A stretch of 64,000 nucleotides of DNA, taken from Candidatus Omnitrophota bacterium (lineage in GTDB: Bacteria > Omnitrophota > Omnitrophia > Omnitrophales > Aquincolibacteriaceae). The position numbers and the translations under genes are program-made. Below, in pieces: positions 53,822 to 63,668 of this stretch. Each line of letters opens with the position of its first letter. The first letter of the stretch is position 1. Where the stretch lies: the NCBI GenBank assembly GCA_043821445.1, contig JBDRCT010000013.1:82149-146148 (forward strand), in the 5' to 3' direction. The notes under the pieces were generated by a model. That model ran no database searches and was not told the DNA's origin. It saw nothing but the letters and a program-made list of their open reading frames with translations.

Positions 53822-54886
53822 ATGGAAAGTAAAATCCTTAATTCCGTCAAGATCGCGTTCTTTGATGCCAAACCCTACGACATTGAGTCTTTTGATGATG
53901 CGAATAAGAATTTTGGGGGTAAGATCACCTATTTCAAAAACCATCTTACGCTCGAGACTGCTTCTCTGACCCAAGGTTTTCAGGTCGTTTGTGTTTTCGT
54001 AAACGATAATGTCCAAAAAGATGTCATCGAGATCCTGGCCCAAAACGGGGTCCGGCTTATCGCGATCCGTGCCGCCGGATACAATAATCTCGACTTGAAA
54101 GCTCTCTTCCAGAAGATCCACACCGTCCGTGTCCCGGCTTATTCCCCCTACGCCGTAGCCGAACACGCGGTCGCCCTCATGCTGGCTCTGAACCGCAAAG
54201 TCCACCGGGCCTATTACCGAACCCGCGATAGTAATTTCACATTGAACGGTTTGTTAGGCTTTGACATGCATGGGAAAACCGCGGGCGTCATCGGCACGGG
54301 AAAGATCGGAAAGGTCTTGATCGAGATCCTCAAAGGTTTTGGGATGCGCATCCTGGCTCACGATACCTTTCCTGACCCGGAGTATCAGAAAAAAACGGGG
54401 TTCGAGTACGTAGACCTCGATACCCTTTACAAAAATTCCGACATTCTTTCACTCCATTGCCCGCTCACGAAGGAAACCTACCATTTGATCGACGAGACGA
54501 GTATCTCGAAAATGAAACAAGGCGTGATGATCATCAACACGAGCCGGGGCATGCTGATCGATTCCAAAGCTCTCATCAAGGGGCTCAAAACAGGCAAGAT
54601 CGGCTTCGCAGGCCTGGACGTTTACGAGGAAGAAAGCGATTATTTCTTTGAAGATTTTTCCAACAAAGTCATCACAGACGACGTCCTCGCTCGCCTCCTC
54701 TCTTTTAATAATGTGGTCATCACGTCGCATCAAGGATTTTTCACCCGGGAGGCACTTCGGAATATCGCGTCCACCACGCTTGAAAACGTCCGGGAATTTT
54801 TCACGGAAGGGAAAATACCGAATGAGATCTGTTACAAGTGTTCCACGAGTTCATGTCCGCGCAAAACCACAGGAAAGTGTTTTTAA
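53822..54886 (+). CDS. ldhA: D-lactate / D-2-hydroxyacid dehydrogenase
   Basis: GVIGTGKIGKV NAD motif, catalytic RGxxID...H triad region; start MESKILN. Confidence 0.85.
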   Translation: MESKILNSVKIAFFDAKPYDIESFDDANKNFGGKITYFKNHLTLETASLTQGFQVVCVFVNDNVQKDVIEILAQNGVRLIAIRAAGYNNLDLKALFQKIHTVRVPAYSPYAVAEHAVALMLALNRKVHRAYYRTRDSNFTLNGLLGFDMHGKTAGVIGTGKIGKVLIEILKGFGMRILAHDTFPDPEYQKKTGFEYVDLDTLYKNSDILSLHCPLTKETYHLIDETSISKMKQGVMIINTSRGMLIDSKALIKGLKTGKIGFAGLDVYEEESDYFFEDFSNKVITDDVLARLLSFNNVVITSHQGFFTREALRNIASTTLENVREFFTEGKIPNEICYKCSTSSCPRKTTGKCF

Positions 54887-54901
54887 TCAAAGGAGTCTTT
54901 T

Positions 54902-55255
54902 ATGAAGCGATCTTCAGGATCTTCAGCCGCCCGGCCCGGAAATTTCACCGGCATGACGCTTGCGATCGCAAGCTTGGTGGAGTATCAGGCACATTCGGTC
55001 GTCAGCAAGCAGATCCTAAGCAAAAAAACGGGATCGCTTACGCTCTTCGCCTTCGATAAAGGCGAAGGTTTAAGCGAACACACCGCGCCTTACGATGCGT
55101 CGGTCCTTATCCTCGACGGAAAAGCCACGATCATGATCGATGGAAAACCGCACAAACTGGAGAAAGGCGAGATGATCATCATGCCCGCGGGCGTCCCGCA
55201 TTCGCTCAAAGCCGCTAAACCTTTCAAAATGCTCCTCATCATGATCCGGTCTTGA
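54902..55255 (+). CDS. Cupin domain protein
   Basis: 117 aa, GEMIIMPAGVPHS. Confidence 0.6.
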   Translation: MKRSSGSSAARPGNFTGMTLAIASLVEYQAHSVVSKQILSKKTGSLTLFAFDKGEGLSEHTAPYDASVLILDGKATIMIDGKPHKLEKGEMIIMPAGVPHSLKAAKPFKMLLIMIRS

Positions 55256-55308
55256 ACCCGGATAAATAGCCGGACGATTTCGGTGCTTTATTTTCCGTTT
55301 GAGCTGTG

Positions 55309-55348
55309 AAAAAAAAAAGGGCGAACCGGCCCTTAAGCCAGTTCGCCC
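55309..55348 (-). terminator. Rho-independent terminator for the 55400-55936 gene
   Basis: Plus strand a9-GGGCGAAC-cggcccttaagcca-GTTCGCCC; on minus strand stem-loop then U9. Confidence 0.7.
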
Positions 55349-55399
55349 CACCTTCCCGAAGAGTTTTGACGTTTATTGCCTTATCAAACTTTATCTGCC

Positions 55400-55936
55400 C
55401 TAACGCCCTTTTTTTCGATCGGGACTTGCTCCGGGACCGCCCTTAGGACCCGGGGGATTTTCCCAGTTGGTCCCCGGACCACCTTTGGATCCAGGAGGAT
55501 TATTGTCCTTGTCCCTTTTGCCGGCCATTTTCTTTTCTTTTCTGTCTACAACGCCATTGTTATTCCGGTCAACCCGTTCTTTCCGGAGTTCCTTTTTAGC
55601 ATCACCCAGTTCTTTCCTGTCCTGATGTCTCTCCTGGGCATTTTCCTTATATATCGTTTGCAACTGCGCCTGGAGTTCCTTGACCTTCGCGGTATCTCCG
55701 GCTGCCTCAGCCTCCTTGATCTGTTTTTTCAGACTCTTCCCTTCCGTCCGAGCGGCTTGAGCGTGGGTCTTCATCTCTGCCTTCTGGGCTTTGATCGCTT
55801 CTTTGTCCGCCGCGAGCTCCTCCTTTTTAAGACCCGGCGCCGTGGAAGCGCCACTCTCTTCCGCATGGACCTTTGCGGCACAGAGCAAGGAACCGCAGAA
55901 AATAACCGCCACAAACACCCACAGCATCTTTCTCAT
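55400..55936 (-). CDS. Secreted Lys/Glu/Ala-rich low-complexity protein (hypothetical)
   Basis: Signal peptide MRKMLWVFVAVIFCGSLLCAAKVHA; coiled-coil-like KE repeats, Gly/Pro tail. Confidence 0.45.
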   Translation of the reverse strand: MRKMLWVFVAVIFCGSLLCAAKVHAEESGASTAPGLKKEELAADKEAIKAQKAEMKTHAQAARTEGKSLKKQIKEAEAAGDTAKVKELQAQLQTIYKENAQERHQDRKELGDAKKELRKERVDRNNNGVVDRKEKKMAGKRDKDNNPPGSKGGPGTNWENPPGPKGGPGASPDRKKGR

Positions 55937-56043
55937 GCTAGTTTCTCCTTTTTAAAAAAGTTGACCGCTATCAAATTCCGACCGCGTTCATTTTATACCT
56001 TAGAAAACTATCGGGCAAGCATTCAAAAAATCTCCAAGCCGCT

Positions 56044-56601
56044 CTAAAACTGGATCTTAACATCTGCGGTTTCTTCCTTCGGGATTTCGAGCATGGAGCG
56101 GCGCGCGTACCCCATCGAATTCGCTACAAAAACGTCAGGCATTTGCTGGATACGGATATTGTAGATATTGACACTTTCGTTGAAAAACTCGCGACGGTCC
56201 GCGATCTCGTTCTCAAGCCCTGAGATGCGGCCCTGAAGCTGAAGAAAACTCGCATTCGCCTTAAGGTCCGGGTAGTTCTCGGAGACCGCGAAAAGAGTTT
56301 TGAGCCCCGCCGTGAGCTGATTCTCCGCTTTGGTTTTGTCTTCGATCGAGGTCGCGTTCATAAAAGCCGTCCGCGCCTGCGTGATCTTCTCGAGCACGGA
56401 TTGCTCGTATTTCATATAACCCTTGCAGGTCTCGATCAGCTTCGGCAATTCGTCATGCCGCTGCTTCAGAAGCACATCAATATTCGCCCACGCCTTATCC
56501 ACATTGTTCCGTACCTGGATCAGGCCGTTGTAGATCCCGACAAAATACCCGATAAGCCCGAGCACCACAAAAACCGCTACCGCCAGAACCACAAGTTCCA
56601 T
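56044..56601 (-). CDS. lemA: LemA family protein
   Basis: N-terminal TM + LemA consensus (ADRREFFNESVNIYNIRIQQMP). Confidence 0.8.
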   Translation of the reverse strand: MELVVLAVAVFVVLGLIGYFVGIYNGLIQVRNNVDKAWANIDVLLKQRHDELPKLIETCKGYMKYEQSVLEKITQARTAFMNATSIEDKTKAENQLTAGLKTLFAVSENYPDLKANASFLQLQGRISGLENEIADRREFFNESVNIYNIRIQQMPDVFVANSMGYARRSMLEIPKEETADVKIQF

Positions 56602-56615
56602 GATCCCCTCCTTTT

Positions 56616-57389
56616 TTAAAACAGGTGTTTGAAAAAATGCCCGATCAGAATAAAAAGGCAGACGACGGTGAGAATGGGCCCCCCATAAAGGAAAAGATAC
56701 ATCCGCCCGCTGAATTCGCCAAGAACATGTTTTTCACTTTCACTTGAGAGAAGAAAGAAAGCGCCGGGCTGAGCCGCCACGCAAAGATTCTCAAACCCTT
56801 GCGCGGACCCCCGAACCACCGGATTCGGCTGCACCGTTCCGATCACATAAAGCTCGTCTCCCGGAACGATATACGCTTCTTCGCACCGGAGTTGTTTGCC
56901 AAAACCGAATGTTCCACTCGCCGCGATCCCCATGGAGTCCAGTTGCGCCAGGAACAAATTCTTATCTTTCGTGCCTATGCCGTTACTGTACTTACGATCC
57001 ATATGGACGTGAAGCTCGGCCCCGGCCGGACAAATGAGTACACGTCCCGTTTTATCTTCCAGATAGAAATACTCCGTGCTTGTGTGCTCCGCGAGCGTGA
57101 CCCAACTGCCACTTTTCCCGGAGCTTCTGTACTCTTCAACTTTATAGTGGTAAAAAACACACGGGGTTTTTGAAAAATCACTGGTCAAAAGCTTCTGGGA
57201 TTCCCGCGCCGTCCCGCTGACTTCCGCCAGTCCCAAGGCAAGGGCGCGAACGGTCGAAGTGGGAATATCCTCGATCAATTTTTTTCTCTTACGCAATTGG
57301 AATCCCCGGAAAAATCCCACGATGCCGAGCACAAAGCCCACACAAAGATACATGAAAAATTTTCCTTCGGAATCATCCGACGAACTCAT
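56616..57389 (-). CDS. Membrane protein co-located with LemA (two TM segments flanking a globular domain; possibly GIDE-like)
   Basis: TM at N- and C-termini; weak. Confidence 0.4.
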   Translation of the reverse strand: MSSSDDSEGKFFMYLCVGFVLGIVGFFRGFQLRKRKKLIEDIPTSTVRALALGLAEVSGTARESQKLLTSDFSKTPCVFYHYKVEEYRSSGKSGSWVTLAEHTSTEYFYLEDKTGRVLICPAGAELHVHMDRKYSNGIGTKDKNLFLAQLDSMGIAASGTFGFGKQLRCEEAYIVPGDELYVIGTVQPNPVVRGSAQGFENLCVAAQPGAFFLLSSESEKHVLGEFSGRMYLFLYGGPILTVVCLFILIGHFFKHLF

Positions 57390-57619
57390 GCAAGACCTCT
57401 TTCTGTTCCAACCTTTACAGGACCGATCTCCCCAGTGCCATTTCGAAGGCTATCGGCTATTTCGATAAAAACCTTCTATCTCCCGGCGGCCTCTATTTTC
57501 TCATAGGCAAACCATTAAAAACTAGTGCAGAATAGAGGCGTCCTGGTTCACTTTCGATCTTTACCAAAACCAGGACTGCATTGATCTTCGATTGAAAAAT
57601 TTATGGAGGATCAAGCGCT

Positions 57620-58699
57620 ATGGATCCGATCGTTCCGGCAAAATACTGGCATAAACTCGAAGACGGCAAGATCCAATGTGATCTTTGCCCTCGCCATTGC
57701 AAACTCGTGGAAAGTCAGCGGGGGTTTTGTTTTGTGCGCGCCTGCCAAAGTGGCCGGATCGTTCTCACTACCTACGGACGCTCGAGCGGTTTCTGCGTAG
57801 ATCCCATAGAAAAAAAACCTCTCTTTCATTTTCTTCCCGGCACGCCGGTCCTTTCTTTCGGCACGGCCGGCTGCAACCTGGGCTGTAAATTCTGCCAGAA
57901 TGCGGATATCAGCCATTCCCGGGAAATGGACACCCTCGCAGATTCCGCCTCGCCCGGGCTTATCGCGAAAACCGCCGAGAGACTCCGCTGCCGGAGCGTG
58001 GCCTTCACCTACAACGAGCCGCATATCTTCCATGAATACGCCGTCGACACGGCCAAGGAATGCCGCAGGCTCGGGATCAAAACGGTGGCCGTAACGGCAG
58101 GTTACGTGTGTGCCGAACCCCGGCAAGAGTTTTATGAGTGGATGGACGCGGCGAACGTGGACTTGAAGGGATTCACGGAAACATTCTACAAAAAATACAC
58201 GGATAGTTCTCTCGAACCCGTGCTTGAAACGCTTCTTTATCTCAAGAAAGAAACGAAGGTCTGGCTTGAGATCACCACGCTTCTTATTCCGGGTCTGAAT
58301 GATTCCGAAAAAGAACTGCAGGCTCTGACGTCCTGGATCGTCAAAAACTTAGGGCAGGACGTTCCTCTTCATTTCACGGCATTTCATCCCGCGTATAGGC
58401 TTTTGGAGCCTCCCCCGACCCCGGCCTCAACACTTCAAAAGGCCCGCGAGATCGCTCTCGCAAACGGAATCCGTTATGGTTACACCGGAAATATCGAAGA
58501 TCCCGAAGGCGAAACGACTTTTTGCCATGCCTGCGGCAAAAAACTGATGGGCCGGAGCAGTTATGAAATAACCGGCTGGCATTTGAAGGGAACCGGCCTT
58601 TGCGAATTTTGTGACACACTCTGCGCTGGAGTTTTTGAGCCCACCCCCGGAAACTGGGGATCCAAATGCCTGCCTGTCAGGCTTGGGGATTTTACCTGA
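57620..58699 (+). CDS. AmmeMemoRadiSam system radical SAM enzyme
   Basis: CDLCPRHCKL...GFC zinc-ribbon-like start then CNLGCKFCQN radical-SAM cluster motif; ~4 kb from AMMECR1/Memo. Confidence 0.8.
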   Translation: MDPIVPAKYWHKLEDGKIQCDLCPRHCKLVESQRGFCFVRACQSGRIVLTTYGRSSGFCVDPIEKKPLFHFLPGTPVLSFGTAGCNLGCKFCQNADISHSREMDTLADSASPGLIAKTAERLRCRSVAFTYNEPHIFHEYAVDTAKECRRLGIKTVAVTAGYVCAEPRQEFYEWMDAANVDLKGFTETFYKKYTDSSLEPVLETLLYLKKETKVWLEITTLLIPGLNDSEKELQALTSWIVKNLGQDVPLHFTAFHPAYRLLEPPPTPASTLQKAREIALANGIRYGYTGNIEDPEGETTFCHACGKKLMGRSSYEITGWHLKGTGLCEFCDTLCAGVFEPTPGNWGSKCLPVRLGDFT

Positions 58700-58700
58700 A

Positions 58701-58770
58701 ACCGTACTACGCGCAACGCGCAAGGCGCAACGTACGGTTTTTACGTCGAGCGTTGTGCGTTGAACTTTGC
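58701..58770. repeat. CAACG/CGTTG-rich palindromic element, copy 3, including a plus-strand terminator hairpin (accgtac...gtacggt + TTTTT)
   Basis: accgtac-tacgcgcaacgcgcaaggcgcaacg-tacggt-ttttt-acgtcgagcgttgtgcgttgaac; on the minus strand it encodes the last ~16 aa of the CYTH protein. Confidence 0.5.
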
Positions 58771-59285
58771 ACCATTTTTAAAAGTTGATCGCTATAAGAA
58801 TCCGCCACAAGCTCTTGGGTCCGGATTCCCAAAAGCTTTTGGTAGAACTTGCATTGCTTCCTGAGCTTTGCCACGCCGGGGCTTTCCTTCCGGCCGAAAA
58901 CTTCGATCTCCACGAAATTTCCGAGACGTTCGACGCGATCAATATGGAACTTTGTGTTTTGAATGAAATAGATCTCACGCTTTTTATCGACCACGGTCAG
59001 AACACCGAACGCAACGGTCAGAAGTTTTTTAAGAGGGGTTTTTTTCTTGCAAGGAAAAAGCGTGGCATCACACTTTTTGGATCTCTTTTGATCGACGCGC
59101 TTGTAATAGATGAGGGCGTTCTCGATATTTCCTTCACGAAGCTTTAACCGGCCGGAGGGAACGCGGAAATACGTATCGACCTGGCAATCCAGACCCTTAA
59201 AAGACGCGCCCCGGGCGAGGAGGATCTTCCGGATGCGGCTTGGGTCGGGACACCGCGCCTTGATCTCAAAACTCAGGGAATCCAT
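58707..59285 (-). CDS. CYTH-domain protein (CyaB-like class IV adenylyl cyclase / triphosphatase)
   Basis: SFEIKARC...EIEVF pattern; C-terminal tail ...HNARRKNRTLRLARCA is read from the palindromic element. Confidence 0.65.
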   Translation of the reverse strand: MDSLSFEIKARCPDPSRIRKILLARGASFKGLDCQVDTYFRVPSGRLKLREGNIENALIYYKRVDQKRSKKCDATLFPCKKKTPLKKLLTVAFGVLTVVDKKREIYFIQNTKFHIDRVERLGNFVEIEVFGRKESPGVAKLRKQCKFYQKLLGIRTQELVADSYSDQLLKMVQSSTHNARRKNRTLRLARCA

Positions 59286-59292
59286 CAAGAAC

Positions 59293-60516
59293 TCAAGAAG
59301 GCTTCAGGGGAAGCGTGAAGGTGAATGTGGAGCCTTTCCCCGGTTCGCTTTCGACTCCGATCTTTCCGCCATGGGTTTCCACCATGCGCTTGGCGATCGC
59401 GAGCCCCAGCCCAGTGCTTTTTTCTCCGGCGGTCGGAAGAACATCGGTCTTTCCAAAATATTGGAACATTTTTGAGATCTCTTCAGGGGGAATACCCTGC
59501 CCCTGGTCCGTGACCGAGATCGCGACCGCCCCTTCCGAAAGAACGGCCCGCAGAATGATCCGGCTTTTGGGCGCCGAAAATTTGATCGCGTTCGTAATAA
59601 GGTTGTTGATCACCTGATCGATGCGAGAGGGGTCCATCCAAACCTTGGGAAGGGCTTCCGGTGCCTCTAAAGCAAGTTCGATCGATTTAGATCTGGCCAT
59701 AAGCGCGTTATTCCTATGGACCTCCGCCAAATAGGCTCCCAGATCAACCTCCCGCATCTCCATCGTCAAATGGCCCGATTCGATCGCACTGACGTCCAGA
59801 AGATCATTGATCAAAGCGAGCATTTTGTCACAAAGCCCGGCAATGGCTCGTATCGGCTCTTTCTGGGTCGTATTAAGATCCCCCATCAGACCGTCCGTAA
59901 AAAGATCCGTATAACCTTTGATCGCCGCAATGGGGCTTCGAAGATCATGCGCTGCGATCCCGAGGAACTTGTTCTTCAGATCGTTGAATCGGACCACCTG
60001 CTCGTAAAGCCGGCTCTTTTCAAGGGTCAAGGCAAGCTGGCCCGCGATCTCCCGGAAGAGCTCCACGTGCGCGTTCTGATATCGATAGGGCTCCCTGCTT
60101 GAAAAAAAAAGAAAACCGATCGGTTTCCTGGAAGCGATCAAGGGGCATGTCAGGCTTGAGCGCATCCCTTCCATCATAATGTCTTTTGTAGATTTCGAAT
60201 CCGGGTGGTCTTTGAGGTAGGCCTCCAGATCATTCAGAATACGCGGCTCCCGTGTCTGAAGAACTTTTTCAAGACTGCTGCCTTTCATGGCCGCAGAATA
60301 GCCCTTCCCGATCTTCATCATGGACGCTTTTGAACGCGCCCAGTACGCCCGCAGAATTGTATCGTTCTCCTCTAAAAGCGAGAATCCGATCCGGTCATAA
60401 GGAATAATAACGTGCAGGGTCTTATAAGCGTAATCCAGAACCTCCTCGACCGTCAGCCCCGTATTGATCTGATGCGTGATGCAAAGAAGTACCCTAAGCT
60501 CTTTTTCCCGGCTCAT
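59293..60516 (-). CDS. Sensor histidine kinase with GAF domain
   Basis: H-box [15 protein letters not shown]1/G2 boxes ([27 protein letters not shown]). Confidence 0.8.
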   Translation of the reverse strand: MSREKELRVLLCITHQINTGLTVEEVLDYAYKTLHVIIPYDRIGFSLLEENDTILRAYWARSKASMMKIGKGYSAAMKGSSLEKVLQTREPRILNDLEAYLKDHPDSKSTKDIMMEGMRSSLTCPLIASRKPIGFLFFSSREPYRYQNAHVELFREIAGQLALTLEKSRLYEQVVRFNDLKNKFLGIAAHDLRSPIAAIKGYTDLFTDGLMGDLNTTQKEPIRAIAGLCDKMLALINDLLDVSAIESGHLTMEMREVDLGAYLAEVHRNNALMARSKSIELALEAPEALPKVWMDPSRIDQVINNLITNAIKFSAPKSRIILRAVLSEGAVAISVTDQGQGIPPEEISKMFQYFGKTDVLPTAGEKSTGLGLAIAKRMVETHGGKIGVESEPGKGSTFTFTLPLKPS

Positions 60517-60561
60517 TAGAGACTTGCCTTTTATCTGAAGTGAGGATCAAGAATCGCTTTT

Positions 60562-61446
60562 TCAAAATGGGAGTTTCAATTTATTCTTAAGACTGCTCGC
60601 GGCGTTCTTAACGCCGCCCGTCACCGTTGTTACCGTGCTCTCGGCAGCACCCGAAGTATCTTTGAGCACACCTCCGACCTGACCCGCGATCGCGCTCGGA
60701 TCCCCTGCTGCGGTCTTCAAAGCATCCAGACTTTGTGCCGCGGCCTGGGCCGCAAGTTTCGTGGAAGTATTAAAAGCCCCCGCGAGGGTCCCTTCAAGAC
60801 TTCCGATATCGAAATTCACAAGATTCGAGATCCCGGAGCTTAGCATGGCTTTCAGAACGATCAAACGCACAACGCTATTGAGGTCCGTGATGTTCTCATA
60901 GCTTTGATCGAGATTGATGCGGAATTCCTTGGTCGAGGGCTGACCGCCGGAATAATCCGCATAAACGACTTTGCCGATCTTAAGGTGCATCATATCGATC
61001 TGGATCGGCATGGGTTTTGCGGGGGCTTTGGGTTCCCGTTGGGTCGTCTGGGCGGGCGCCTGTTGGGTTCCCTGAAGCGCTTTCAAGCGGTCCAAATTGA
61101 GTTCGCCTCTTTCGTTCTTCACAACCGTGAACTGTTTCATATCAAACTGGATATGATTGAGATGAACGTTCCCTTTCAGGATATCGGAAAGGTTATAGCC
61201 CACGAAGATCTTGGGGATCTCTACCAAAGAAGTATCATGGAAGCCCGAAGGATTTTTTACAACAAGATCCTCGAGATCCACGAACGAATTTTGGAAATTA
61301 AGGTCGAGTTTTCCCAAGGAGAGCGGCATACCGGTCACCATCTTCACGCCATTCTCCACCGCTGCTTTCACCACGACATTACGCGCGAGCACCAAAACGA
61401 CCAACACCACGACCAATGACACCACCAGCTTTATGAGCAGCTTCAT
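60562..61446 (-). CDS. Membrane-anchored hypothetical protein (AsmA/DUF748-like?)
   Basis: N-terminal TM; low-complexity C-terminus; weak. Confidence 0.3.
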   Translation of the reverse strand: MKLLIKLVVSLVVVLVVLVLARNVVVKAAVENGVKMVTGMPLSLGKLDLNFQNSFVDLEDLVVKNPSGFHDTSLVEIPKIFVGYNLSDILKGNVHLNHIQFDMKQFTVVKNERGELNLDRLKALQGTQQAPAQTTQREPKAPAKPMPIQIDMMHLKIGKVVYADYSGGQPSTKEFRINLDQSYENITDLNSVVRLIVLKAMLSSGISNLVNFDIGSLEGTLAGAFNTSTKLAAQAAAQSLDALKTAAGDPSAIAGQVGGVLKDTSGAAESTVTTVTGGVKNAASSLKNKLKLPF

Positions 61447-61513
61447 ATTGACCTCCTGAATGTTAATGATTGATTGGATCCCAGACCGAAGAAAACCGTT
61501 TACCGCGAACGCA

Positions 61514-63274
61514 TTAATCTATCATTGATCTTTTTCCCGGGATAGCCGTTTTGGCGGGCCGCCGGAAGATCGCATTTTCGACCGCGATCTCCTTGCGCGA
61601 GCGGATGCGGTCGAGATGATATTCGATCCTTTCCCTGGAAATATTCAATTGCCCGAGAACCAGGCGATTCAGTTCGTGGCCTGCTTCCCACTCTTCGGTC
61701 ACCACGATATCGGCCCCCAGTTCAAAGAGCTTCGGCATCTGTCCTTCGTAACGAGCCCGGACTGCGAGGGTCACATCCGGATTGAGGCCCTGCACCACAC
61801 GGATGATTTGTGTGATACCAAGCGGATCGGGAAAACTTACAATGACCGCTCGCGCACGACTGATCCCGACCCTTTTCAGGACCTCTTGATTGGCTGCATC
61901 TCCGTATATAGCCTTCATGTGCAGCTTCTTGGCCTCGCGCATCCTGACCGGATTCATTTCAATGATCACGAACGGGATCTTTTCTTCTTGAAGAGATATG
62001 GCCAGGTCCCGGCCCGTAGGCCCGAACCCGCAAAGAATCACATGTCCCGTGAGAGAGGAAAGTGCGCGATCCTGTTTGGTCCAACTCGTGGGGGGCACAC
62101 CAAAGATCATGAACCGGCTCAGGACCTTCAGGACGAATGGGATCGCCGCGAAAAGAAGCGGCGTCATCAACATGGTCATAAACGCCGTCGAAAGCAGGAC
62201 CTGGTAAAGTTCGGGTGTAATACGTCCCGACCCGCGCGCCATTTCGATCAAAAGGAACGAGAACTCCCCGATCTGTGAAAGGATGATCCCGGTGATCACG
62301 GCCACTCGTGGCGGAAATCCGAAGGCCATGATCAGGAACGTCATGATGAAGAAATTGATAAAGAGCACAAGGCTCACCACCGAAAGCACGAGGAAGATAT
62401 GGCCCAGGAAGAAGTGGATGTCGAATAAAAGCCCGATCGAAACAAAGAAAATGCTCACGAAAAGATGGCGGAACGGAATAATGTCACCGATCAGCTGATG
62501 CGAAAATCCGGTGTTCGCGAACATGAAACCGGCCAGAAGCGCCCCGATGGCCATGGAAAGCCCGAGGGCGCCGCTCCCCCACGCCATGCCCAGACACACC
62601 ACGACCGAAAAGAGGAAAAAGATCTCGCGATTCCGGATCGCGGCTACGCGATAAAGAAGTTGGGGGAGAAGAAAACGCGAAAAAACGAAAGCGCCGGCCA
62701 GGAGCAGGAATGTCTTAAGGAATGCGAGCCCGAGCGCCGGCCCCACCGAGCTCATGGACTGTCCGAAGGCCGAGAGAAAGATCATGAGCGGTACGACTGC
62801 AAGATCTTGAAAGATCAGGATTGAGATCGCGACACGGCCATGCGGCGAATCGATCTCGCCGCGATCCATCAGATATTTCAACACGATCGCCGTCGAGCTG
62901 AGCGCGATGACCGAGCCCAGGAAAAACCCTTCGTAAAAGGTCCAGCCGCGCCACCAGCCGAAGGCCATTGAGACGCCGATCGAGACGAGGATCTGCAGGG
63001 CCCCGCCGACCACCGCGATATTTTGCATCCCGCGCAAACGCTCGACCGAGAACTCCAGCCCGATCGTGAGCATGAGAAGCACCACTCCGAGCTCCGCCAG
63101 CATCCGGATATGTTCATTATTCGAAAGGATGCCGAGACCTTGGGGCCCGATGATCACGCCCGTCAGAAGAAATCCGAGGATTGTCGGAAGACGGAATTTT
63201 TCGAAGATCACGGCCACCACTGTGGCCATTAGAAGAACCAGGAGGATTTCGGTTAAAAACGAAGGGGTTTGCAT
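61514..63274 (-). CDS. CPA2 cation:proton antiporter (Kef-type) with C-terminal TrkA-N/TrkA-C domains
   Basis: 12-13 TM Na_H exchanger domain + Rossmann VILCGFGPTGRDLA; start MQTPSFL. Confidence 0.85.
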   Translation of the reverse strand: MQTPSFLTEILLVLLMATVVAVIFEKFRLPTILGFLLTGVIIGPQGLGILSNNEHIRMLAELGVVLLMLTIGLEFSVERLRGMQNIAVVGGALQILVSIGVSMAFGWWRGWTFYEGFFLGSVIALSSTAIVLKYLMDRGEIDSPHGRVAISILIFQDLAVVPLMIFLSAFGQSMSSVGPALGLAFLKTFLLLAGAFVFSRFLLPQLLYRVAAIRNREIFFLFSVVVCLGMAWGSGALGLSMAIGALLAGFMFANTGFSHQLIGDIIPFRHLFVSIFFVSIGLLFDIHFFLGHIFLVLSVVSLVLFINFFIMTFLIMAFGFPPRVAVITGIILSQIGEFSFLLIEMARGSGRITPELYQVLLSTAFMTMLMTPLLFAAIPFVLKVLSRFMIFGVPPTSWTKQDRALSSLTGHVILCGFGPTGRDLAISLQEEKIPFVIIEMNPVRMREAKKLHMKAIYGDAANQEVLKRVGISRARAVIVSFPDPLGITQIIRVVQGLNPDVTLAVRARYEGQMPKLFELGADIVVTEEWEAGHELNRLVLGQLNISRERIEYHLDRIRSRKEIAVENAIFRRPAKTAIPGKRSMID

Positions 63275-63668
63275 TTTCCCTTTCCCGTTGAAAACAATGC
63301 CGGCGCTTTTTATAAGTATACAAAATTCCATGCCCAATAATCCAGAAGTATGCGCCTTCATAAAAAGTAAATAAAGCGGATCACTCGGACGACTTTGATT
63401 CTAAAATCGTGTTTTACCGAAATCCTGTGGTTAAAAAGCTCTGCTCATGATGGTTCTAAGAAAGGGGACAGAATTTCCTGAGGTTTTCTCTTCAGATTTG
63501 AAAATTTTTGAGCTCCTTTTTGTTGAGGCTAAAATGTTAGTAATTGACAAAATAAAGACTTTCTACAATAATAATGATCGTTTTTGCTAGTTAAACGAAG
63601 TTGTGGAATTCTCTGTATAGCCCTATACTTATAGTAAGGATAGGAACAAGAGGAACTTATAAGGAGAA

